Below are positions 1-11,678 of a DNA stretch of 64,000 nt, one piece after another. The position numbers and the translations under genes were made by a program. Position 1 is the stretch's first letter; each line of letters starts with the position of its first letter. The notes beneath the pieces are model-generated. The model was given only the letters and a program-made list of their open reading frames with translations. It searched no databases and had not been told where the DNA came from. The stretch comes from Octopus bimaculoides (Eukaryota). The stretch spans positions 157,593,674 through 157,657,673 of the forward strand of contig NC_068983.1 in the NCBI RefSeq assembly GCF_001194135.2. Reading direction: 5' to 3'.

Positions 1-184
1 TCAGTGATTGGTTGAAATTATCGAAATAAGACAATTTTTTACATGAAATAAATTCGAATACAAAAATATTTTTCTGTTCTATAACACAAAATAGATAAGT
101 ATACGAAGTTTGAAAGTCTTTCCGTACCAAAAACACTACGTAAAACATTAATGAAAAATGTGGCCCCCATTTTAAAATAGATCC
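1..184. mobile_element. MITE-like repeat fragment; second copy at 15597-15780
   Basis: Bases 1-184 align by eye, with scattered mismatches, to 15597-15780; both end in aaatagatcc. Confidence 0.7.
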
Positions 185-1341
185 AAAAGGTCTGATGAAA
201 CTGGAACTCTAACACAGAACTGAACTACACATAGTGAAAAATAATATAAATCTGTTAGAACACAAAATACTGTGATATTTACCACGAGGAAACCTCTCAT
301 ATGGTCTTTTGGTGCATATAAGCATTCTTGTTTACATTGCTAGTGGGAGACAAATCAACACTGCTGAGACTACTAGATCACATGACTTCAGCTTTCTCTG
401 ACCTTGATAATGGTAGACACCTGACTGCTGGAGATAGTAGCGATGTCTCAGCTAGGAGTATACATAGTCACAGTGCTCAATCATCGAGCACTTATTCTAT
501 GCTGAGCTAATAAAAAAGGTTAGCAAAAGCACAAGTAATTGGATAGGAAAATAAAGAAAATGAAGACAGAAAGCAGCACAACCTTCAAGGATAGTTGTCT
601 CAAAACTACTGGCAATATCAAAGTAAGCAGGTGTAGTACCAATCCTTTATTTAGGTAATTAGATCATATTAGATGGGTACTTCAAGATACAAATAATTGT
701 TCATAGAGGCTGTTTTTATACTTCTGTTCAAGGAAACACACTTTGAAAAAAATCTAAGAGTGAATGTCCTGCAACAAAACTAGATGAAGAGCTACAAAAG
801 AAATCAAATAATCTGAGGAAGTACTGGGTGCTTTTTACATGGCACCAGCACCAGTGAGATCACTAAGTAACTTCAGGACAAGACCCCGTCAACTGTGCAG
901 GGAGTAGTATTGAGAGACAGAAAAAGGTGTCTTGCATTTGAAGAGAAACATAGTTACTTTAGATGGAGAGAGAGTGAGATGGTGAAGATGTGATGGGGAA
1001 GGGGTGTACACCTAAGTTACAGGGAGTTATACAGATGTGTATACAGTGAAGTGGACCAGGGATTAGAAAGGGTGAGTGAATGGGTGAGTTCACAAGATTG
1101 CAGAAAGAGTGGAGAGGGAATATAATAAGTGGCCACATGGTGGGGGAGGGAGTATTAGGAGGTTATGTTGTGAGGAAGGGATTCAATAAGGACATTGTGT
1201 GTAGGTAGGTACATGAAGGAGGGGAGGGGAATACAGCAGTGGGGAGGTGTCTGGATATTTTTTCTTAAATGTTTTTTTTTGTTTTGCTTTTGGTTCTTGT
1301 ATTCTCTTACTTTATATCAATGTAACTGTCTTCTATTTTAG

Positions 1342-1497
1342 ATTCTTACTTAAATGCTCTAGAGACATTTCCCAAGGAAAGAATTTGGTTGGTTTTGTCT
1401 CATACCTCAATGCCAATTACACAACAGAACATCAAGATGTTGACTCCAATTTACACTTGCCAGCACTACTGAAATTATGTCAACATAGATCCAAAAG
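1342..1497 (+). CDS. ACOX1: ACOX1-like exon: (R)FLLKCSRDISQGKNLVGFVSYLNANYTTEHQDVDSNLHLPALLKLCQHRSK(R)
   Basis: Acceptor ttctattttag at 1341; donor gtaaaa at 1498. Similar to ACOX1 'RFLMK...VSYL...AYKLRAAR'. Confidence 0.85.
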
Positions 1498-1561
1498 GTA
1501 AAATTTTGATTAATCTTTTATATGAAATAGATAAAAATATTTTTCATTTGCAAAGATAACA

Positions 1562-1719
1562 GGCATAGCTTTGTGGTAAAAAGTTTGCTTCTCAACAACA
1601 TGGTTCCAGGTTCAGTCCCACTGCATGACATCTTAGGCAAGTGTGTCTTCTACTATAGCTTTGGGCCAACCAAAGCCTTGTGAGTGGATTTGGTAGATGG
1701 AAACTGAAAGAAGCTTGTC

Positions 1720-1761
<42 letters not shown>

Positions 1762-1970
1762 GTATGTATGTATATGTGTATATGTGTGTGTCTTTGTGTC
1801 TATGTTGGTGCGTTTACATCCCCATAACTTAGTGATTTGGCAAAAGAAACTGATGGAATAAGTACGAGGTTTAAAAAATAAGTCTTTGGATTCATTTGTT
1901 TGACTAAAAAACCCTTCAAGGTAGTGTCGCAGCATGGCTGTAGTCAAATGATTAAAACAAGTAAAAGAGG
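1562..1970 (+). mobile_element. tRNA-head SINE (family with gggcaagtgtcttctactatagc core) containing an internal (TA)n tract (~)
   Basis: The same core recurs at ~44270-44600, 46700-47082 (-), ~47350-47700, ~57540-57800 (-) and ~62400-62790. Confidence 0.7.
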
Positions 1971-2043
1971 GAAAGGGTAATCAGCAGTAAGACTGAATGC
2001 ATCCAAGTAAAATGACTACTGACCTATTTTTATTTATTTTATA

Positions 2044-3607
2044 CTAGCAGAAATACCCGGCTTTGCCCGCGTTAAAGAGAATAATGAAATCTAAAAACGC
2101 CGTCTAGACTACGCAACCCTCAACTGTTAGTAGCTACGATACCATATTTCTACATTAATAACTCTCCAATCCATGCCAGCATAGAACATAGACATTAAGT
2201 GGAATGCCAGTCTCTCATCTAGGAGGGCCTTGAAATCAATGTTACCAACTGGGGACTATGTGTGTCGCAGTGATAATAAAAAGACTCAAAGGAGGTCTGC
2301 AACGAAATAATTTTACTCAATACTTTGCAAGTGAATCAGTGGAGGCAAAGATGCGTCTNNNNNNNNNNNNNNNNNNNNNNNNNNNNNNNNNNNNNNNNNN
2401 NNNNNNNNNNNNNNNNNNNNNNNNNNNNNNNNNNNNNNNNNNNNNNNNNNNNNNNNNNNNNNNNNNNNNNNNNNNNNNNNNNNNNNNNNNNNNNNNNNNN
2501 NNNNNNNNNNNNNNNNNNNNNNNNNNNNNNNNNNNNNNNNNNNNNNNNNNNNNNNNNNNNNNNNNNNNNNNNNNNNNNNNNNNNNNNNNNNNNNNNNNNN
2601 NNNNNNNNNNNNNNNNNNNNNNNNNNNNNNNNNNNNNNNNNNNNNNNNNNNNNNNNNNNNNNNNNNNNNNNNNNNNNNNNNNNNNNNNNNNNNNNNNNNN
2701 NNNNNNNNNNNNNNNNNNNNNNNNNNNNNNNNNNNNNNNNNNNNNNNNNNNNNNNNNNNNNNNNNNNNNNNNNNNNNNNNNNNNNNNNNNNNNNNNNNNN
2801 NNNNNNNNNNNNNNNNNNNNNNNNNNNNNNNNNNNNNNNNNNNNNNNNNNNNNNNNNNNNNNNNNNNNNNNNNNNNNNNNNNNNNNNNNNNNNNNNNNNN
2901 NNNNNNNNNNNNNNNNNNNNNNNNNNNNNNNNNNNNNNNNNNNNNNNNNNNNNNNNNNNNNNNNNNNNNNNNNNNNNNNNNNNNNNNNNNNNNNNNNNNN
3001 NNNNNNNNNNNNNNNNNNNNNNNNNNNNNNNNNNNNNNNNNNNNNNNNNNNNNNNNNNNNNNNNNNNNNNNNNNNNNNNNNNNNNNNNNNNNNNNNNNNN
3101 NNNNNNNNNNNNNNNNNNNNNNNNNNNNNNNNNNNNNNNNNNNNNNNNNNNNNNNNNNNNNNNNNNNNNNNNNNNNNNNNNNNNNNNNNNNNNNNNNNNN
3201 NNNNNNNNNNNNNNNNNNNNNNNNNNNNNNNNNNNNNNNNNNNNNNNNNNNNNNNNNNNNNNNNNNNNNNNNNNNNNNNNNNNNNNNNNNNNNNNNNNNN
3301 NNNNNNNNNNNNNNNNNNNNNNNNNNAATAGTTTCATTTTTAAAGTGAAAGTATTTGACATGAGTGTTTTTGTTTCACTTTTGACACGTAATACTTAAAT
3401 AGTGGAGGAGATATTATGTTGCCGTGGGCTCGAACTCTGCAAGAACTTAAAAATTGTTTTTGACTAAAACACAACTGGAACCCTAAGTAAGGCATGTGTA
3501 AAATTTGAATGAAATTGGTTGCGTAGTTCTCGAGTTTTAGGGATTCACACACACACACACAGACAGACAGACAGACAGACACACATTCTCATTTTTATAT
3601 ATATAGA
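2044..3607 (-). mobile_element. Full-length non-autonomous Helitron in an ACOX intron (interior in an N gap)
   Basis: On the minus strand it starts A|TCTATATATATAAAA (3607) and ends with a GC-rich imperfect hairpin plus CTAG|T (2047-2044), so it sits in an AT target. It has a subterminal (CA)/(CAGA)n microsatellite, as in Lep1-type Helitrons. Confidence 0.8.
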
Positions 3608-4449
3608 TTGCATTTGGTGATCAATAACATTTAAAATCCTACTTAATGAAATTTTGAAAATCTTTCTCTTAACAACTCTTTATATTTTCTTCTGTGAATT
3701 TTCAAACTGTCTTTCATTCACATGAAATTTCAGGTTTCTACCAGACTAGTCACTGGTCTCTGAGTTTTTGATAGTGGGATTGTCTAGGTAACTCAGGCAG
3801 AACAAATATCACACAGGGTATTTTTGTTCAAAAGTATTGAGAAGAAGCGAAAACTGGAAGCGCAGAAAATCAGTGAAATATAATGTGGAATGAGATGATA
3901 TTGACAATGAGTGGTTCCCGAGAGAGGAGTTGGTAACTTGTATCACAAAGGGGATGAAATACGTGCAGATTTTGCTCATTGTTAGAAGAGTAATGGAGAG
4001 ATGGTTAAGAAGAGGTGGCGAAAGCTTGACAGGAACAGATTGGATGCAGGGGAAGGACTTAATGGGTGTAATGACATAAGCATAATGCTTTAGTTTGCTA
4101 CATTTCAAACTCATCAGTTTAGATGTAATCTTTTGATGAGACCTTTTTTTTTTTTACAAGTGAAACACTATAAATTGCAAACTGGTCTTTAATTATCTGC
4201 TACATCAATTATCATATTAAGAAACAGCAAATATAAAAGAAAAATGGAAAATTCATTCTGAAATTTCATGTGAATGAAAGACAGTTTGAAAATTCACATA
4301 AGAAAATATAGAAAATTGTTAAGAGAAAGTTTTTCAAAATTTCATTCAGTAAGTAGGATTTAAAAAAAGAAATAAAATACTATGAGCATTTCAAGCAGTC
4401 ATAACCAAGAAATATTTCATCACACTGCACCAGGAATCTTTGTCCTCAT

Positions 4450-5010
4450 CAGCTTTGGTAAGTGTTTTGGTTGTGCATCTCTGCCAATAATGTTAATAGT
4501 TTATATTCTACAGAAGTATCTAAAATATAACATTCAATATGACCTGGTGTTCAGCATGGTGACAGTGCGCAAGAACAATGGCTTGAATCTGTTCATAAGT
4601 TTTCTCTTTGGTCTTGTGTTCATGGCCTGATATTCTGAACCCTTGGGAGAAACTTGCTGTATGTACCACCAAGGCAGTCTTGAAGCTCCTTCTTCATAGT
4701 CCAAGTTTTGGCTCATTAGAGAATTCTCTCTACATACATATGTCCTGAAGAAGGCCAGCATTGTTATCTTTGAAATACTTGATTGCCTGAGTTTGTGAAG
4801 CTTATTACCAGCATTCTATGCTTGTTCCTTGCATGTCAGAAAGTTCTATGCTGCAAGTCAACAACATAGATATCAAGGTAGTTGAAGGCACTGACCTCCT
4901 CCAGTTGTTTGCTATTGTTGGAACAAATTGGCAGGCAACCATGATCCTCATTGGTAATCATATATTTAAGTTTCTTTGTACTGAAAAACAGGTTGACCTT
5001 GGCTGAGATC
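4450..5010 (-). mobile_element. Degenerate non-LTR (RTE-like) reverse transcriptase C-terminal fragment (~)
   Basis: Minus-strand frames give LEEVSAFNYL and AKTWTMKKELQDCLGGTYSKFL, resembling the RT-thumb motifs 'F.YLG' and 'LLYG.ETWT'. Frameshifted. Confidence 0.6.
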
Positions 5011-5170
5011 ATATTTGTAATGATTCAGTTAATATGTAAACAACAATAACAACAATAACAACATGATGATGATGTCTGTTTTCCATGCTGGCATAAGTTG
5101 GACCGTTTAACAGGACCTGGCAAGTTAAAAGACTGCACCAAGCCCTATTGGTATGGTTTCTGTGACTAGA

Positions 5171-5810
5171 TCATCATCATCATCATCATCGTTTAACGTC
5201 CGCTTTCCATGCTANNNNNNNNNNNNNNNNNNNNNNNNNNNNNNNNNNNNNNNNNNNNNNNNNNNNNNNNNNNNNNNNNNNNNNNNNNNNNNNNNNNNNN
5301 NNNNNNNNNNNNNNNNNNNNNNNNNNNNNNNNNNNNNNNNNNNNNNNNNNNNNNNNNNNNNNNNNNNNNNNNNNNNNNNNNNNNNNNNNNNNNNNNNNNN
5401 NNNNNNNNNNNNNNNNNNNNNNNNNNNNNNNNNNNNNNNNNNNNNNNNNNNNNNNNNNNNNNNNNNNNNNNNNNNNNNNNNNNNNNNNNNNNNNNNNNNN
5501 NNNNNNNNNNNNNNNNNNNNNNNNNNNNNNNNNNNNNNNNNNNNNNNNNNNNNNNNNNNNNNNNNNNNNNNNNNNNNNNNNNNNNNNNNNNNNNNNNNNN
5601 NNNNNNNNNNNNNNNNNNNNNNNNNNNNNNNNNNNNNNNNNNNNNNNNNNNNNNNNNNNNNNNNNNNNNNNNNNNNNNNNNNNNNNNNNNNNNNNNNNNN
5701 NNNNNNNNNNNNNNNNNNNNNNNNNNNNNNNNNNNNNNNNNNNNNNNNNNNNNNNNNNNNNNNNNNNNNNNNNNNCATACCAGCGCAATCGTCTCTCTTG
5801 CACGCCACAA
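5171..5810 (-). mobile_element. 5'-truncated RTE LINE 3' end with (GAT)n tail (middle in a gap)
   Basis: SCGVQERRLRWY coding remnant at 5776-5810 and gcatggaaagcggacgttaaacgatgatgatg tail; the same layout occurs at 55640-56580. Confidence 0.7.
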
Positions 5811-6030
5811 CTGATGCTTCTAGATGCTCTTCCTAATGCCAACTACTTTATAGACTATACTGGGTGCTTTTTACATGGCACCAGCAGCAGTGAGATGACC
5901 AAATAACTTACAAGACAAGATCTATCAACTAAGTGGGGAGTAGTATTGAAGGACAGAAATAAGTTTCCATCATCTTTGCATATTTATTCCCTATGTAATG
6001 TAATATGAAATTTTCTTTTTCTTTTTGTAG

Positions 6031-6136
6031 AATGCTTTTATATATTTCAAAACTTGTTTTTGAGAAGATAAATTCTGGAAGCTCACTTGAACAGGCATTC
6101 AATATATGGTCAAATGAGATAAAAAATATGGCTATT
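6031..6136 (+). CDS. ACOX1: ACOX1-like exon: (R)MLLYISKLVFEKINSGSSLEQAFNIWSNEIKNMAI
   Basis: Polypyrimidine acceptor ctttttgtag at 6030; donor gtaagt at 6137. The 106-nt length links the phase-2 end of the previous exon to the phase-0 start of the next. Confidence 0.8.
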
Positions 6137-6149
6137 GTAAGTTGATTTT

Positions 6150-6860
6150 AAACAAAATTAAATGAATTTGGTTAAATTTCCTTATATGTTTGTAACAAAA
6201 GATTTTTTGAGAGTTGACTCCTGTTCTTCCATGTGGTTCATTTGTGCTATGATTTGGTCTCTGGAGAGTTCTATTTGTTCTTTGGTTAGGGTTGTATGTT
6301 CTCTTATTTCTTGTTATATCTGCATATGATCCCAAATTTGTGTTTCTTAGAGGGCTGAGCTATCTTTGTGTATTTTGTGGGAAAACTTCCTTTCTTTTGG
6401 TGTTGTTTTGAGGTCTGAGGGTTGTAGTAGATTGATGTTAGGTTTTATCTGGTTTTTCCCATAGGTGTTTTCATATTCTTATAGCCAGAGGATTTTTGAT
6501 TCCAAGATCTTCTTATACTTTGTCTCCTCTCTGATGGTGTCAGTTTTCCACATGTCTAGAAGATTTATGGGAATATTTCCACTGCTTCTTTTGTTAATTT
6601 CTTTATGTATATAGGTGTCATATGTTTCAAATTTCTTTTGGAAGTTTGTTACTCTAAGGTGAAGTAGTGTGATTTCAGTTTCAAATCTCTGTAGTGCTAA
6701 ATTGAGGCAAATCTTTGTTTCTTCATTTGGTTCCAACATTATTTCTTTGATATGAAATTTTAATGGGAGTATTACTTCTTTACTCCTCCACTGTTCAAAT
6801 GTGTTGGCTAGGTTTTCATTTTTTAGGGCTCTCCAATATGCTTGTTTTCTTTTATTTAAT
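6150..6860 (-). mobile_element. Unclassified TE-derived coding remnant (~)
   Basis: About 130-aa charged open frame (NKRKQAYWRALKNENLANTFEQW...ILESKILWL) antisense inside an ACOX intron, with no usable splice context. Confidence 0.35.
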
Positions 6861-7413
6861 ATGTATATATGTATATATATATATATATATATNNNNNNNN
6901 NNNNNNNNNNNNNNNNNNNNNNNNNNNNNNNNNNNNNNNNNNNNNNNNNNNNNNNNNNNNNNNNNNNNNNNNNNNNNNNNNNNNNNNNNNNNNNNNNNNN
7001 NNNNNNNNNNNNNNNNNNNNNNNNNNNNNNNNNNNNNNNNNNNNNNNNNNNNNNNNNNNNNNNNNNNNNNNNNNNNNNNNNNNNNNNNNNNNNNNNNNNN
7101 NNNNNNNNNNNNNNNNNNNNNNNNNNNNNNNNNNNNNNNNNNNNNNNNNNNNNNNNNNNNNNNNNNNNNNNNNNNNNNNNNNNNNNNNNNNNNNNNNNNN
7201 NNNNNNNNNNNNNNNNNNNNNNNNNNNNNNNNNNNNNNNNNNNNNNNNNNNNNNNNNNNNNNNNNNNNNNNNNNNNNNNNNNNNNNNNNNNNNNNNNNNN
7301 NNNNNNNNNNNNNNNNNNNNNNNNNNNNNNNNNNNNNNNNNNNNNNNNNNNNNNNNNNNNNNNNNNNNNNNNNNNNNNNNNNNNNNNNNNNNNNNNNNNN
7401 NNNNNNNNNNNNN

Positions 7414-7466
<53 letters not shown>

Positions 7467-7921
7467 CATATAAACACTGCTTTCAGCAGAGATCCTCAAT
7501 GCACCACAAAAAATAATGGAGTTAATCCTTATCTGTGAGCAAGCATGTAAGAATGTAGAAGAAAACTGAAACTCTCAAAGCAGATGATAGTACTGAAATG
7601 CTTTATTATTTCCCCCCTCTCTTCTATTTCTGTCTTGCAAGTTATTTAGATACCTCACTAGTGTTGGTAGCATGAAAAAGGTACTCAGCACATACTGTAA
7701 AGTGATCAGCATTAGGAAGGGCATCCAGCTGTAGAAAACACATCAAAGCTAATACTGTAGGTTGGCATATTCCTGTTGCTTGCCAGATCCTATCAAATCA
7801 TCCAACCCATACCAGCATGGAAAATGAATGCTAAATGAATCATCATCCTCATCATCATCATCAATACTATGACAATGACGATGAGTTCAATTACAATTAT
7901 AGTTTTATGTTATTATTATAG

Positions 7922-8065
7922 GTTGTCTGTCAAGTTTACACCATGGAAAAATTCATTGAAGCTATTGGTCAAATAAAAGAAAATCGCTTGGCATCAGTAT
8001 TGACTGATGTTTGTAAATTTTACTGTGCATTTAATATTGTGGAGAATATTGGTGATTTTTTACAA
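7922..8065 (+). CDS. ACOX1: ACOX1-like exon: VVCQVYTMEKFIEAIGQIKENRLASVLTDVCKFYCAFNIVENIGDFLQ
   Basis: AG at 7920-7921; donor gtaagt at 8066; 144 nt open frame ending in GDFLQ as in ACOX1. Confidence 0.88.
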
Positions 8066-8790
8066 GTAAGTTGGAAATTTATTTTTTATTTTTAACAATT
8101 CCGATAAAATAGATCATTTCCTAATATAATCTTACTATCCATTGAAGTGAATACTAATTTTACAGAAATTTTTTTAATATAAAACACAAATTCTTAGGTC
8201 GACAGAGTATATTTCTGTCATTCAAGATCTACTCTGTTATATCATTGTTACCCATAACAGGCTAATTAATATAGCATTGAACTTCTTGTTAATTATTCAA
8301 TCAGTTTGGTATACCACTATTGAGTTCTTCTCATTTGCTGTCTAATTCTTTTCTAAGATAAAGGCAGTGTTCTGGCACTAGATAAAATGCTAGCATTTTA
8401 TCTAGCCATTTATTATGTAAAAGTTGAAAAAGGTGTGTCACAGAATATTCTCGTTGTTTTAAAATATGGTATTAAACATTTTTTTCCGAGGTTTACTACT
8501 GTCTACAAGTCCCTTCCACTACTTTTCTATAATGTTGATGTACAAAAAATTTCATGTAATATTTTGTTTTTAAAGACTGGCAGAATCAGTGAAACAATGG
8601 ACAAAATGTCCTGTGGTATTTTGCAATATACTTTAATGTTCTGAGTTGTAACAAGTACCAGGTTGAGCTAATCAACTGTGCTATACCAGTCTTCCAGATT
8701 TTTAGGATTATATCCTTGTTGGAGATCAATGTTGTCTTTTTCCCACTCTCTACATGTCTTCCCAATTACATTTATACTATTTCTTTTCAG

Positions 8791-8997
8791 TTCAACCTTC
8801 TCACCGTAGAACAGGTAAAATTACTGAAAACTGCAATGTATAATCAACTGTCCAAAATAAGGCCTAATGCTATAGCATTAGTAGATGCCTTTGATTTCTC
8901 TGACCGTTTCCTTCACAGTGCTCTTGGTCGTTATGATGGTCAAGTTTATCAAGCTCTTTATGACTATGCCAAACTCGCTCCAATTAATTCAAAAGAA
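8791..8997 (+). CDS. ACOX1: ACOX1-like exon: FNLLTVEQ...IRPNAIALVDAFDFSDRFLHSALGRYDGQVYQALYDYAKLAPINSKE
   Basis: Acceptor ttcttttcag at 8790; donor gtaagt at 8998; hallmark ACOX C-terminal motif (ORF track 8716..9033). Confidence 0.93.
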
Positions 8998-9958
8998 GTA
9001 AGTGTATTTTGTAACATCATCATCATAGTTTAATGTCCATGTTCCATGCTGGCATGAGTTGGATAGCTTGACAGGATGGATCCAAATGGGTCCAAATACT
9101 GCATTCTTCTTCAATGTCTGCTTTGACTTGGTGTCTACAGCTGGATACCTTTCTCATTGCCAACCACTTTACACCATGTACTGGGGCTTTTTTTCATGGT
9201 ACCAGCAGCAGTGGGGGTGCCATACAGCCTGCTAGACTTAGAATCCTTTGTACTGGGTGGGGCTACAGAAGGGAGGAAGGTGGTTTTATGCTAGGGGACG
9301 AGGGAGTTAAGGTGGTCAGAACAGGCTTCTTGCTGTAGAGGAGCTACATGGTTACTAACGTTATATAAGAGAGGGTAAGAGTGGTGGGGTGGTGCTAGAA
9401 AGAGATAAAAACAGTGGTGATGAGGTGTTAGGGTGGACCTTCAAATATGAGGTGGGTAGAAGTGAGTGGGGACAGGAGAGTAGGAAGAATGGGTGGTTAG
9501 AGGTTGCAAGAGAAAATGAGAGATGGTTAGAAATAGAGGATGGGTAAGAGAATGAATATAATGAAGAAAAAGTGCTGAGAGATGATAAGTAGAGAAGAGG
9601 GAAAAATAGGTGATAAAGGCATAGGTGACTAGGATATGAGGGGAAATGGTATGGACAATAGAAAGATGAGAGGGATGTGTGACACAAGGGATGAGAGATA
9701 GAGGGATGAATGATGTGGGTGTTTGAGAGTTGGGGGAAGAAGTTTCATCAACAGAAGCAACATACTTTTGCACAAGTGGCTAGAGGGCGTTGGTGGGGAG
9801 TAAATCATTACCAGTCTGTCAAATGACTTTCTTTTGGAAAATGGTCTTCAATGTTTGTCTCTAGCAGCAACACTTTCCTAGATATGTGATCAGTACCCCA
9901 ATCTGGATTTTATTTGAGTGCTGTTGAAGGTTAACAACTGATCTGGACTGAAATATTA

Positions 9959-10343
9959 GTTAGTTGGCACTCCGTCGCTTACGACGTCGAGGGTTCCAGT
10001 TGATCCGACCAACGGAACAGCCTGCTCGTGAAATTAACGTGCAAGTGGCTGAGCACTCCACAGACACGTGTACCCTTAACGTAGTTCTCGGGGATATTCA
10101 GCGTGAAACAGTGTGACAAGGCTGACCCTTTGAATTACAGGCACAACAGAAACAGGAAGTAAGAGTGAGAGAAAGTTGTGGTGAAAGAGTACAGCAGGGT
10201 TCGCCACCACCCCCTGCCAGAGCCTCGTGGAGCTTTAGGTGTTTTCGCTCAATAAACACTCACAACGCCCGGTCTAGGAATCGAAACCGCGATCCTTTGA
10301 CCGTGAGTCTGCTGCCCTAACCACTGGGCCATTGCGCCTCCAC
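9959..10343 (-). mobile_element. Young tRNA-derived SINE with 14-bp TSD (GGACTGAAATATTA)
   Basis: TSD at 9945-9958 and 10344-10357; tRNA-like head with A/B boxes; near-identical to the copy at 50119-50538. Confidence 0.9.
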
Positions 10344-10769
10344 GGACTGAAATATTACCACTCTCTAAAGAGAAAGTGAAGTCTTTGGCATGAGGTTTAG
10401 TGTGAAAGATTTCAGAAATTGTGCACTTTCAGTAACTTTGAAAATTTAATAAGGCCTGTAAATTTAGAAATTGTAAAGTGAAGTAAAATAAGCAAAAGTT
10501 ATTTCCAAAATAATGTGATGGTGGTGGTTATCTGACGATGGTAACAGCAAAGTTGATGCTGATAATGACGAGAACTTTTGTAGGAAGAGAGAATATCTAT
10601 CAACATGGAGGAGTTTTGAATTCTATATAATGCACTCTGATCTCTTTCTGCTATTGTTTCCACCAACATAACTAACCAAATAAATAACTTAAATACCATG
10701 TGTATATAGTAGCCTTTGTTTTTAGTACTTGCTAGGGATGGAGGGAGGAGCAGTACCCATATCTTTTGT

Positions 10770-11140
10770 AGGCCCTCATCAGAGACTTCTGAGTTTGATA
10801 CCATTAATGTTACATTTGAACTGTTGTGTGTCAACACCTGCAGAAAAGACATGTGTAGGGATGAGACTCCAGAGGTCAGATGTTTTGGGGAGGAAGGACT
10901 TGGCATAATTGTTAAGTTAGGGACTGAAGGGTTGGACACTATAAGAGTGATGAAAGGAAGAGGGATCAGTAGTGCAGCAGTGCCAGGGAGAGGAGATACA
11001 AAAGCAGCCAACTCTAAGAAACAAAGTGATTTGATGTCAGTAGCTATTCACTGGATGTGGTCCGGGATATCTGTGGGCATAGCAACATCATCATTCCTGA
11101 TCAAGACCTCACTTGAGCCTTGTAGCAATTGTTGGAGGTT
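10770..11140 (-). mobile_element. CR1/L2 (Jockey-group) LINE 3' end remnant (~)
   Basis: Minus-strand frame HSYSVQPFSP*LNNYAKSFLPKTSDLWSLIPTHVFSAGVDTQQFKCNIN matches the 'SF.P.T..LWN.LP..VF.....FK' C-terminus of these RTs. Confidence 0.65.
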
Positions 11141-11309
11141 AAAATAACTGTAGTTTCTTACAATAAATTAACATTACTGTACTCTGAATTAAGTTTCCTT
11201 CTTGTTATTTTTAACTTGTAATAGTCCCCTCATTGCTTTCTTAGAAGTTAAAATGTTTTGTTTGTTTCATTTAAAAAAAAATAGGATTTTAGAAACTGAT
11301 TTCTTTTTA

Positions 11310-11444
11310 AAGTAGTTGTATGCTGTCAACTTAATGTGACAGTCCCCTGTTGGTTAGACCTAGGAAGCTGCACTAGGTCTAACCAACACTAGTATTATTC
11401 CCTTCAGGGGACTGTCACATTAAGTTGACAGCATACAACTACTT
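11310..11444. repeat. Long perfect inverted repeat (40-bp arms plus an inner ~15-bp stem)
   Basis: 11310-11349 is the exact reverse complement of 11405-11444; 11349-11363 pairs with 11373-11387. Confidence 0.95.
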
Positions 11445-11609
11445 CATCATATCACTACTGCATAAATCTCTCTGAGAGATTTAGAAATGTATTATTTCTT
11501 GATTTTTTTTTTGTTTGAATTTACTACTTTGTAATAAAAATGTTTTGCATCTTTTTTACTTTTATACATTTATTTAAAACTATATATACATATTGTTTTG
11601 TTTTTTCAG

Positions 11610-11678
11610 GTACATGACAGCTGCAAGGAATATCTGCTTCCATTTCTCAAACAGCAGAGTTTGAAAGCTCAATTATAA
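11610..11678 (+). CDS. ACOX1: ACOX1-like last coding exon: VHDSCKEYLLPFLKQQSLKAQL*
   Basis: Acceptor ttttttcag at 11609. Resembles the ACOX1 tail VHESYKHL...SKL. Stop TAA at 11676-11678. Confidence 0.88.
   Translation, partial: VHDSCKEYLLPFLKQQSLKAQL

Larger units (their letters stand above)
1342..11678 (+). other. ACOX1: Gene span, 5'-partial: peroxisomal acyl-CoA oxidase 1-like, join(1342..1497,6031..6136,7922..8065,8791..8997,11610..11678)
   Basis: Five GT-AG exons with compatible phases (2,2,0,0,0). The translation contains the ACOX C-terminal motif IRPNAIALVDAFDFSDRFLHSALGRYDGQVY and ends in a PTS1-like tripeptide. Exon sizes 106/144/207 match vertebrate ACOX1 exons 11-13 as I recall them. 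Earlier exons lie upstream of the window. It may be a paralog rather than the 1:1 ortholog. Confidence 0.9.

Noticed and set aside
2258-7538. Long ORF-track entries of 200-357 aa (also at 15078-15531 and 55715-56493)
   Set aside because: They consist of X residues from N gaps and are artefacts of unsequenced runs.
10499-11147. Overlapping 170-aa (-) and 143-aa (+) ORFs; the minus one looks superficially like Ig plus TM
   Set aside because: A third frame matches a CR1/L2 RT C-terminus, so these are shadow frames of a LINE remnant.
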